A program made the position numbers and the translations under genes. A stretch of 20,000 nucleotides of DNA from Halocafeteria seosinensis (Eukaryota). The stretch is from the NCBI GenBank assembly GCA_001687465.1, contig LVLI01000338.1:50096-70095 (forward strand), in the 5' to 3' direction. The notes beneath the pieces are model-generated. The model had not been told where the DNA came from. It saw only the letters and a program-made list of their open reading frames with translations, and searched no databases. Positions within the stretch are counted from its first letter, which is position 1. Each line of letters begins with the position of its first letter. Below, in pieces: positions 1-8,951 of the stretch.

Positions 1-2868
1 AAGAATGGGCGCATTGCAGAAGGTGGTGGGTTTATTGTTCGAGAAGACCAAAAATATTTTATCGTGGACTCGTGTAGCTCTACAGGGTTGGTCACTAAGC
101 ATTATGCTGGTGGTATATGTGGTCGTCATGCGGGTCGCAACGGAGGCCACATTAAGATATCGAATTCCCACTCTACAGGGGCAATACAGGGTAAACATGC
201 AGCTGGTATCGCAGGAGGAGGTGTAGGATCCCACAGTGGGACTGTGAATATCACCCAATGTTATTCCACTGGGACAATTGGAGGAACTCATTCAGGTGGT
301 ATCTGTGGGGATAATGCTGGTCATACGAATGGTCTCGTGTATATCACGCAATCATATTCCACAGGAACTATCGACGGGAAACAGAGTGGTGGAATTACTG
401 GATATGCTCCAGCGCTTAATGATGGTGAAGTACATATACGAGATTGCTATACGCGAGGAAATATTGCGGGCGATACAGCAGGAGGGATTACTGGGGCATA
501 CACAGGAACAGGCAAAGTATACATAACAAATACGTATGCTTCCGGTATTGTCCACCATCAAAATAGTGGTGGAATCATTGGAGAGATAAATGATATTGCA
601 AATGGTGTCATCAACGTAAAATATTCGGTGTATAATGGCTCGAATGGGGCCCCTATGGTCAGAGACGACAACTCCCACGAGGGTGGCTTGAACACGACAG
701 GCATTTCAAACACTTTGAATGATATACAGGGTCAACTGTATCAGTATAATGGCGTCCAAAAATGGGATAATGAAATCTGGGCTCTCAGTGGCACTGATAC
801 TCTGCCCATTTTGCGCTTTCAGTTGTCCCAATCGTCAAGGGAGCCGAGCTCAACTCCAAGCGCCATGCCGACACCGACGCCGACATGGACGCCGTCTGAG
901 ACACCTCGAAGAACTCCTACTTCATCGAGCTCATCGTCCACCACAGTCACTCCTACATCGTCTTGGAGTGCAACACCGAGCTCCTCCACATCTATAACGC
1001 CGTCTGAGACACCTCCAAGAACCCCGACTTCGTCGAGCTCATCGTCCACCACAGTCACTCCTACACGATCTTGGAGTGCAACACCGAGTTCCTCCACATC
1101 TATTACACCTTCCGGAACCGCTTCGCTTTCGAAAACTCCAACATCAGCGAGAACTCAGAGTCCCACAACGAGTGTTTCGAGCTCCATGACTGTTTCTATG
1201 ACTATTTCGCCGTCCAGCTCGACGTCGCGAAGTCGGTCGGCGAAAACTCATTCTGCCACTAAAAGTCCTACTGAATCCAGCTCAACCACGTCCACACCAT
1301 CGAGCTCAGGTTCTGGAACGGTTACCTTTACAACGAGTTTCTCTAGTTCGATAGCGCCCTCCGTAGCTACGAATGCAAGCTTTACTCCGAACATTCCACC
1401 TCAAGACTCTCCTGCTGACGTGTCAAAGAATTCAGACCCAATAATGTCCGGAGTGGCCCAAGTCGGTTTGTCGTCCGCGGTGTGTTGCATGGCACTCATT
1501 GCTCTGATTTTCATTGTATACCGGCGCCGAAGGAACAGCTATATGACCAAGCGGGCTGATGACCCGAAGGAAGTGTATGCAGCTCAGTTAGGAATACCCT
1601 TGGATAATGTCAAAGTTATGTCACAGGGAAAACATGGCGGTGGCAATTTTCAGATCCACACCCTTGGTGCTAGCTTCAGCCGTGCGGATGCATCCGTCTC
1701 AGAGCATGGGGAAAACAAGGAAGCACATATACTCTCCAAAAATCCAGATGGTGAAATGATGGAGGTAGCTCATGTAAATCCTTTGGATTCCTCGCAAAAG
1801 CAGGCAGAATATCACGATTCACCTTCCTGGGATCAGCACAATATATCTGAGAAATTCTCCCTCAATAAGGGAACTGTTCACCGAAGAGACCTACGCAGAA
1901 TCGATGAGTGCAATGCTAGAGTGGCCAAAGATGACGCGAGCACGGCCTATGCGACCGTTGCTGAGGGTGCAAGTAATGGGATCGAAAAGCTAGGAGCTAG
2001 CAACTTTGCTGCTGAGGAACAAGCAACAAGTTCCATCGTCACTCAGAATGAGAATTTATCCGAATTCGAGCTGGCCAATATCAACCCACTGGCTTCCACT
2101 GCACAGCGGCAACAACCTCAACACGAAAGGGGATTCTCCGATCCAGCCCAGTATACATCTCAAATGTTCTCGCTGGCGCAGAAGCAAGCTCATCGCAGAG
2201 CCGTTGGACAAGATGCGACGCCACATGTAGATGCTGGTGTTGTCCAACCTGGTGCACTGATAGCTGGCGAAGTGTCATCTCCGTCGACTTCAGTGGGCAA
2301 ACCCCAAGTGATGTTCGTGGAACCAGGCGCACAGAAAGCGTCGACGGATAAAGTTCGAATCGTTTCCGCTGCTCCGCCAAACCTGCAACGTGCTGATAAA
2401 ACGAAGTCCCACGATGGGACATCCGTGGTTAAGGTTGCTTCAGTAGTGGATCTTGATACCTCGGAGATGAAACGCATCGACCGTATGCGGCTTCAGCTGA
2501 GGCAATGGAAGGCTAGGCTGCTGGCGGAACCCCCACCTCTTGTCGAAGTGGAAGTGAACGATTCATCGTCTGCACAAAGTAGCGCAGGGCTCTGGAAAAC
2601 GACCGCTGCTAATCGGGACTGTGGTTCCAGTACAGCTGTTGCTCAACTGGATTTTGCGAAGAGGGATATTCATAACACACGAAGCATGCTCTCTCAAGAG
2701 GCGAAGCAACACCGCCGCCGTAAATTTGAGATTGGGTATGTGTCGAAAAAGGAATTTGCCCCTTCATTGCCTTCGCAAAATTCTAGTGCTTTGGGACGAA
2801 GCGTCTCTTCGTTTTCCGGGAAGAAAACTGTCGCCGTTGGCTCACGTCGAGCTCGTAGTAGGCGTTAG
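1..2868 (+). CDS. GLUG-motif repeat type-I membrane (cell-surface) protein, 5'-partial: 6 Gly-rich ~31-aa repeats, Ser/Thr/Pro stalk, single TM, ~440-aa cytoplasmic tail
   Basis: Frame 1 is open from base 1 (KNGRIAEGGGFIVREDQKYFIVDSCSSTG, matching the paralog's KNGTTASHGGFIFQRHQRFFVVESCSSSG), so the start lies upstream of the window and the track's GTG at 64 is not the start. Repeats follow [CS][YH]STGxIxGxx[SA]GGIxGxxxGxxxGxVxI. C-cap is W-x4-W...LPILRFQ (~766-822). Mucin-like stalk ~830-1440. TM is VGLSSAVCCMALIALIFIVY followed by an RRRR stop-transfer (~1462-1533). Stop TAG at 2866-2868. Confidence 0.85.
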   Translation, partial: KNGRIAEGGGFIVREDQKYFIVDSCSSTGLVTKHYAGGICGRHAGRNGGHIKISNSHSTGAIQGKHAAGIAGGGVGSHSGTVNITQCYSTGTIGGTHSGGICGDNAGHTNGLVYITQSYSTGTIDGKQSGGITGYAPALNDGEVHIRDCYTRGNIAGDTAGGITGAYTGTGKVYITNTYASGIVHHQNSGGIIGEINDIANGVINVKYSVYNGSNGAPMVRDDNSHEGGLNTTGISNTLNDIQGQLYQYNGVQKWDNEIWALSGTDTLPILRFQLSQSSREPSSTPSAMPTPTPTWTPSETPRRTPTSSSSSSTTVTPTSSWSATPSSSTSITPSETPPRTPTSSSSSSTTVTPTRSWSATPSSSTSITPSGTASLSKTPTSARTQSPTTSVSSSMTVSMTISPSSSTSRSRSAKTHSATKSPTESSSTTSTPSSSGSGTVTFTTSFSSSIAPSVATNASFTPNIPPQDSPADVSKNSDPIMSGVAQVGLSSAVCCMALIALIFIVYRRRRNSYMTKRADDPKEVYAAQLGIPLDNVKVMSQGKHGGGNFQIHTLGASFSRADASVSEHGENKEAHILSKNPDGEMMEVAHVNPLDSSQKQAEYHDSPSWDQHNISEKFSLNKGTVHRRDLRRIDECNARVAKDDASTAYATVAEGASNGIEKLGASNFAAEEQATSSIVTQNENLSEFELANINPLASTAQRQQPQHERGFSDPAQYTSQMFSLAQKQAHRRAVGQDATPHVDAGVVQPGALIAGEVSSPSTSVGKPQVMFVEPGAQKASTDKVRIVSAAPPNLQRADKTKSHDGTSVVKVASVVDLDTSEMKRIDRMRLQLRQWKARLLAEPPPLVEVEVNDSSSAQSSAGLWKTTAANRDCGSSTAVAQLDFAKRDIHNTRSMLSQEAKQHRRRKFEIGYVSKKEFAPSLPSQNSSALGRSVSSFSGKKTVAVGSRRARSRR
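889..1104 (+). repeat. Near-identical 108-bp (36-aa) tandem duplication in the Ser/Thr stalk of gene 1
   Basis: Unit TPSETP(R/P)RTPTSSSSSSTTVTPT(S/R)SWSATPSSSTSI starts at 889 and at 997. The DNA copies differ by only a few substitutions. Confidence 0.95.
1663..2200 (+). repeat. Diverged ~100-110-aa internal duplication in the cytoplasmic tail of gene 1
   Basis: LGAS at 1663 and 1990; EVAHVNPL vs ELANINPL (NPL at 1777 and 2083); FSLNKGTVHRR vs FSLAQKQAHRR. Confidence 0.75.
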
Positions 2869-3133
2869 CTGAACTGGCTGACACCAGCCCACTCAAGGTC
2901 GTTTTTCATTTGCAAGAGGCTCAGCAAGGAGGGGAAGCCGCCAGTCTAGCCCAACTCATGTCCCTGACATTCTCATTGAAGGACCGTCGGCTTTGGTACC
3001 CAGGATCGTAGTACAAACGAGAATGAAGACAGAATCGTGTGCATGCTCAGCGAAGATTTTCAGGCAACGTTCGAATTGGTTCCACTGTGCCTACGTTTGC
3101 AGCGTGTAAGGAAAATGAAGTCTCAGAACGAAC

Positions 3134-4110
3134 TTGTCTTCTCCTGCGGGGTGCATTGTATTCACCACTTTAGCATCTATCGTGTACTGGGGGCGATTGA
3201 ACAGCCATATGGTGCAACAAGGGGATCCTGTATGTAGAGATGTACTCCAAGGGTATGGGTAGTGAACTGCAAGTGTACACCCGCTGGATTCTCAGCCGAG
3301 CGCAGAACACGGCGAAAACGTGTAATCAACATATTATCCTGTCAGTTGGATAAAGGGCTATCCGATATAGAGCTGGCTAGCATTTATTCACCCTATGGTA
3401 TGTCAAATTTACACCAAGCTCAGTACGAGAGCAGAGTGGAGAGGCAAGCCTCACCTTCAGGTCGGGATACATCTCAACCTACTCGCTGGCGAAGAACCAT
3501 GTACCTAGAAGTTTACCTGGTAATGATTCGAAGCCATGCGTAAGCCGTAGTATAGTACAAGGCGGTACACCGGCAGATGTTGTAGAGGAGGCAAAGCGGC
3601 AGAGAGGAGTCTCCAAGTTGTCCTCGTGGAACCTGGCTCCCAAGCTACCTCTGCAGATAAAATCCGAATCATTTCCGCTTATATGCACGATGGAGGTAAC
3701 ACTAAGTCCGCAATGGAACCAGGGTTTAATGTTGCCGCTGTAGTTGATCTTGATACAGCGGAAATGAAACGCATCAACCGTAGGAGGCTGCAAGGCTTCT
3801 CGCGGAACTGTTATCTCTAGTGAAGTTCGAAGTAGATGGAAATCGCAAGAAGGACTGCTCCTAGTTCAACATATTCTATTGCTAGCAGTGGAGCTGTCGC
3901 TCAAATAGGCCTTGCGAAACAGAAACCTCGTCGGAAGCATGACATTGGGTATGCGCCGAAGAAGGAATTTGCTCCTCGGTTACCTGCACGGAGCCCCCAT
4001 TCCGGACACAGCCTCTCGATAGTCCCCAAGAAAAACAACGGCAAAGTCTCGTCGTGAACGTGATAGGAATCGAGCCGCAAGAGGTCGAAAACTGTCGCTT
4101 GGTGGTCAAC
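3134..4110 (+). pseudogene. Frameshifted, 5'-truncated paralogous copy of gene 1's TM and cytoplasmic tail
   Basis: Collinear blocks in shifting frames (relic vs gene 1): LSSPAGCIVFTTLASIVY vs LSSAVCCMALIALIFIVY; EHGEN; LSDIELASI vs LSEFELANI; VEPGSQATSADKIRIISA vs VEPGAQKASTDKVRIVSA; VAAVVDLDTAEMKRINRRRLQ vs VASVVDLDTSEMKRIDRMRLQ; RRKHDIGYAPKKEFAPRLP vs RRKFEIGYVSKKEFAPSLP. Multiple frameshifts and stops, and no ectodomain. Confidence 0.88.
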
Positions 4111-4334
4111 ATTTCTTTTTCTCTTAGACCCCTCGCCGTATACCGTATGCATGCATCATCCGCAAACTGAAGCAATTCCAGAAATATGTAATCTTTCAAT
4201 AAACCACTGTTTTCTACCGTCCGTAGGAAATTTGGTAGCTGATAGGTGGCACGTTTGGAAACCTGCTATGTATAAGCTGTACGGGTGTCGATCCGGGAAA
4301 AATAAGTGGACTGTACTTTCCCTACCTCATCGAT

Positions 4335-6119
4335 CTACGGGTATATTTTGCACGACGTCATTGGCAGCCTCCTTGTTAGTCTGTTTCCTTGTGATGTAGC
4401 GGTAGTATGGCCGGAAGAATTAGCACGCGTCTCATTGCGAGTCGGAGTAGGAAGCATAGTGGGTAACTGTCGCATCTGGAAGCGAAGAATTGGTAGGGAG
4501 TCACTTCCATTCGGAGTCCAAACACTCTCGTTCCACCGTCGGGTACCACTAAAACTGTACAGTGTGCCACGAATTCCCGCTAGATTGTCAGAATTTCCTA
4601 TAGGCACCAGATTCTGTCCAGCGTCTTTCCCTACTATTGGTGCCCCCTCATTGCCTCGGTACACGGAGTACTTCACGAGAATATCACCTGAGGCTGTCTC
4701 AGGGATTTGGCCAATAAGACATCCACCATTGTGCGACGCAACAAAGCCTGAAGCGTAGCACTTTGTTAAACGCACATCTCCGGAGGCGGACAAGTCGCCG
4801 CCGCCAGTGTGGCTTCCTGTAATTCCTCCGGCTTCTTCGCCCGTAATATTCCCCACCGTGTAACAGTCTGTGACGTGGACATCTCCATTGTTCATTGCTA
4901 TAGTAGCCCCAACAATACCACCACTGTGCTCTCCTGGGATCTCCCCAGTACTGAAACACTCTTTGATGCGTACAGTTCCTTGGGACTTTCCCGCTCCTGC
5001 ACCCACTATTCCTCCAGTTCCACATCCTGAGGACACCGCTCCAATTCTTCCAGTTGAAAATGATTCATAAATGTCAATGTGACCGTATCGTTCACCGGCC
5101 GAAAATCCACAAATTCCACCAGCGTCCTGCCCTTGGATGTCTCCTGTAGAAAAACAGCGCTCTATGGTGGCCATGCCCCGGAAACGTCCTGTATGACTAC
5201 CGATTATTCCACCTGCATTAATACCCACTATATGTCCCGTGGAGTGCGAGTTCACCACCTTGATCCGGCCCCCATCGGAGCCACATTCCCTTCCGCAGAT
5301 GCCTCCTGCTCCATCATTTGTTATTGCTCCGGAGGAGCTGCAGGATTCCACAACGAAAAATCTCTGATGTCTTTGGAATATAAAGCCACCGTGCGATGCA
5401 GTTGTACCATTCTTTATATGGACGTTTCGAACAACGGGTGCCTCTGCGAAGGAAGCTACGCTTTTAATTCTGAACAATCCTTCAAACTCTGTAACAGTGT
5501 GTAGATCGATAGTGTGTCCCGCTCCTTCAAAAGTCTCATTGGAACTAAGGGAAATATAATCATCGGCTTTGTACCGTCTACTCCATAATAGCATGGTGCA
5601 GTTCAATTTGAACTCCTTACGGCCGGGGAAAAACTCAAAGCATCGCTCAAACCCATGTATAATGTTGCTTCTCAAGTCCGTTGGAGCCGCCGATGCCGTG
5701 AGTAGATCAGACGCGGATACAACCAATGTTACAAGAGGCAAGATTATTGACCTTCTGGGTTGCACTAACGTAGGGGTGCATCGCCTCTGAAAATGCTTGA
5801 CGCAATCGTTCTTTCTCCCCTTCTTCTGCCAAAGTTCTGACACCAGTTTCCGAAGTTGAAAAATTCGTGAAACGAGCCCTTCCGCGCCACCACAGCCAGT
5901 GCAGCCATGATACATGCCAATCAATCCCAGCAACAGTAGTACCAGTGTCGTTGTCTTTCTGGGAGATGGATCGTCTTTGCCTTGTTTTGAGAGAATGACA
6001 CAGTCTCCGATGCTCCGGAGCGGAGCAGTTCGTAATTTACCACTGCTTCCCCAGCGCATGCTGGTGGTATTGCTCATTGCGATGGTGCGGTTTCTAATTT
6101 TCGTCTGGGAGGTTATCAT
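4335..6119 (-). CDS. GLUG-motif repeat protein, paralog of gene 1, with 7 repeats and no C-terminal TM (secreted or N-anchored); start codon uncertain
   Basis: N-cap FEGAGHTIDL...FEGLFRI is typical of GLUG-containing proteins. It has seven GGIxG repeats and the same KYSVY.G..GAP and W-x4-W...LPILRFQ C-cap as gene 1. Hydrophobic stretches TLVLLLLGLIGM and IILPLVTLVVSA lie near the N-terminus. The track start at 6191 is GTG; the first ATG is 6119, with alternatives at 6077, 6059 and 5915. Confidence 0.8.
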   Translation of the reverse strand: MITSQTKIRNRTIAMSNTTSMRWGSSGKLRTAPLRSIGDCVILSKQGKDDPSPRKTTTLVLLLLGLIGMYHGCTGCGGAEGLVSRIFQLRKLVSELWQKKGRKNDCVKHFQRRCTPTLVQPRRSIILPLVTLVVSASDLLTASAAPTDLRSNIIHGFERCFEFFPGRKEFKLNCTMLLWSRRYKADDYISLSSNETFEGAGHTIDLHTVTEFEGLFRIKSVASFAEAPVVRNVHIKNGTTASHGGFIFQRHQRFFVVESCSSSGAITNDGAGGICGRECGSDGGRIKVVNSHSTGHIVGINAGGIIGSHTGRFRGMATIERCFSTGDIQGQDAGGICGFSAGERYGHIDIYESFSTGRIGAVSSGCGTGGIVGAGAGKSQGTVRIKECFSTGEIPGEHSGGIVGATIAMNNGDVHVTDCYTVGNITGEEAGGITGSHTGGGDLSASGDVRLTKCYASGFVASHNGGCLIGQIPETASGDILVKYSVYRGNEGAPIVGKDAGQNLVPIGNSDNLAGIRGTLYSFSGTRRWNESVWTPNGSDSLPILRFQMRQLPTMLPTPTRNETRANSSGHTTATSQGNRLTRRLPMTSCKIYP

Positions 6120-6529
6120 ATATACAGCTTTGCAGAGTCGTATAGATGCGTCAAGCGTATTTTTCCAGAAGGGCCAGCCGTTGACCAACACTCAACGGTT
6201 CTCGTTGGGGTATGAGGGCGTATACTTTGTATCCAGGTCCAAGGACACGGAACAATAATGGTTAAGCTCATGATACCTTTGAACTCGATCAAGTCGACAT
6301 GTTATGTGTGTGTGTTCATTAGGTGCCCCGCTGGCCACCCTAGAGTCTGAGTACAGACGCCGATGGACAACAATCAATCTTTTGACATAATGGTATGACC
6401 CAAATAATTATGAAAGCTCCAAATGGCATGCCAGTATGAGGATTGTACCTCTTGATGGTTTTAACTTGAGCATGAGTGATCTCGATTGAATTCGAATGTC
6501 GTTTTCCTTCTTCGATTCCACGATCACTC

Positions 6530-6636
6530 TTCTGCGGAATTCACGGAAGGCGCAGGGTAACTCACAGGTGAGGTACTGGAATTTTTCTGCGGAATTCACG
6601 GAAGGCGCAGGGTAACTCACAGGTGAGGTACTGGAA
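6530..6636. repeat. Exact 52-bp direct tandem duplication (period 55)
   Basis: ttctgcggaattcacggaaggcgcagggtaactcacaggtgaggtactggaa at 6530-6581 and 6585-6636. Confidence 0.97.
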
Positions 6637-6767
6637 GTTCAGTGTGGGCCCTGATTGACAACGGTACTACGTCGTTACGGTAGTATGAAGATGTTGACGA
6701 GTTTGTTTGTTGGTGATGGTATTTTTTCCTTTGAAACATAAACAGAGAGAGTCGCGGTGGGAACTGT

Positions 6768-6980
6768 GTCTTCCAAAAGCATACGGCCAATGACCCAAAC
6801 TACAAGGACAATGGAGAAGACCTCAATTGGGATGACAAGCATGTAAAAGGCATTGCGAATGCATTGCAGGTCGATATTGCATTGAGGAATATTGATTTAA
6901 ACAATGGGTAATCACCGATAGTGGTGCTCAATATTTGGCGAATGCCCTGAGGGAAATGCTCCAGCATCACCTCTTTTATT
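6768..6980 (+). pseudogene. Decayed RNI-like/NLRC3-type leucine-rich-repeat fragment (absent from the ORF track)
   Basis: One frame reads VFQKHTANDPNYKDNGEDLNWDDKHVKGIANALQVDIALRNIDLNNG* (TAA 6909-6911). A shifted frame from 6911 reads ITDSGAQYLANALRE, then CSSITS after another shift. This matches the 28-aa RI-class LRR consensus IxDxGAxxLAxALxxNxxLxxLxLxxN. Confidence 0.7.
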
Positions 6981-8951
6981 GCGGACACACTCAGTCAACT
7001 GCGCAATTTACTGTCGTTGTTGCTGTCAGACTGAAGACTTAAACCAGTGAGTGACAGCAAACCAACTTCTTGTCGCACGACCCACGGCAGCATGCCCATT
7101 CTCGTGAACCAGGCAGCTAATACGCTTCATAGGTTCGTATCAGAAGGACCAATAGCACAAGCTTCTCCTGCAAACTACCGGTATGTACAAGATGCCCCAA
7201 ATTGAACTGGTCTTGAGCGTCGCACGAAACCAACCCCCCATAGTATCGTGATCCCACTCAAAGGATATTCTACTTGGCTGTACATTGTGACGTCTACGGG
7301 TTGGTCACAACTACAGCACACGACGGACCTCCTATGCCTGCCTGCACAGTTCTCCGTGCAACTGTGAACGAACTCGGTTCTTCAGTTTCGCCATCCTATG
7401 CATCCCGTCCCATCTCCATCTCCTGCTGCTCCCTGCGATCACGATGACCAACTTTGGCTCCCTGAATCTTGCTGGTACATACATTCAGGCAAAGACCCTC
7501 AAGAAGCTCTATAGAAGGGACAATCACTTCTTTCGCATAGTTTTCGAGCGCTCCAGTCTTTACAACACGTTGTCTCACTGCAGCACATATGATAAAAAGA
7601 CTATTAGAAACGTCATGCTAAATGGACCGAGAAATTCATCATGCGTTGCGCGGAACCGACGCCGTTGACGCAACGTTTCGGAAGCTCCCGTTCCATACGC
7701 GGATACGAGAGAATAAATTTAGGATCTTCTCTGAATATGCTCACGGTGAACAAACGTTCTACAGTCTACCTTCTGATAGTGCGCCGTTCAGCCTACTTGG
7801 TGTTTTGGGAGTGATCAACGATTCATTGGGAGCAAGTCCCGATTTGACTTGCAGAATCGAAGCATCTCAGCAAGATGGCTTCCAGTTTCTCGCCAAAGAA
7901 GAGCTGTTTGCGACAAACCATGCTTTTCCTAAGATCCACTGTCCTTCGAGACGAGTTTTCCTGTTCGCCAGAGAGATGATCCTTTTGGCGGTCACCACTA
8001 AACCGCTCTCAACAAACTGCGATTTAGACAGTGGTATCCCGTCTGTAACGAACCCAGTTTACAGTATTTTCCTAATGAGAAGTTTTTTCAAACGGCGGGT
8101 ACTGTTCCCGGTCTCAGGACCGACTTGAAGGACGGACCGGAAGAGTCTAGCAAATGGTTATCCGTTGTAGGACGAAAGATATTGAGCACAGTTGCTAGAG
8201 CAACCTGATGGCATTCCTTTCTAAGTGTGTTGCCGATATGTCTGGCAATTGCTCCTCCACTTCGGACGAAGGCGGGCTTCACTCACCCCGGGTGGTATAC
8301 CCTCTCTTGATATTGTTGTCAGCAAAACTCTGCGCCGCACAGCTGGCTAATACTTTGGTCAAGGGTCCTGTCGGTTACAGCTACCGGCCACCATTAGGGA
8401 ATGATTCTACATTAACTGAAATCGGAATTAAACGCCACTGGCAGGGGACGGTTGGTCAAGGGCCAGTGCGTAGAACGTGCCATGTCGGTCCGATTATAGG
8501 CGTCGCAGGGCGGACAATAAGAAAGTTTGGTGGAGGCCTATAGCGACCCACTGCTGGAGCTTCTTTCCAAGAGTAAGTGTCCTGGTGCAACTGTTCATCG
8601 CCAAGAATCATGCCGATACTTCCCCCAATACGGAAAAAAAATCGGATAAGGCATTTCCAGAGAATGATCCTAACATTACTGCCGTTCTGCCCCATACCAT
8701 CGGGCGGCAAGCCTCGGCAGTGCAAATTATTTGGTTGCCAATGATCTATGAAGAAAGAACCTTGCAGCGCATTCCCCGCTCGAGCTCAAAAGACCCCAAA
8801 CCTTGCAATTGTAGGACAAACAGCGCGTCCCTGTTCTAGTAATTTCTGTCGATTCTCCGATCAATCTAGCTTTCGATGATCGACAAACGTCGAAGTTGAG
8901 ACCGCCATGCCAGTACGTACTATGGTACCTGTCTCCAGTATTAAGCATCGC

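Noticed and set aside
1..6119. Prokaryotic origin or contamination suggested by GLUG and Big-like domains
   Set aside because: The same contig carries a canonical spliceosomal intron and eukaryote-specific VHS-GAT and STRA6 genes, with no operon-like packing.
6530..6636. Direct repeats (also 17293-17355) as a possible CRISPR array
   Set aside because: Only two copies each, separated by 1-3 nt with no spacers, no cas genes, and a eukaryotic context.
7690..7750. RENKFRIFSEYAH resembling the sulfotransferase 3'-PB motif (RDPxxRxxSE)
   Set aside because: It lacks the conserved Pro and there is no convincing upstream 5'-PSB (HIxKTGGT) motif; could be chance.
8520..8640. WW...FPRVSVLVQLF resembling a hAT transposase dimerisation motif
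   Set aside because: Spacing is off, there is no S..ER.FS motif, and no terminal inverted repeats or other transposase motifs are seen.
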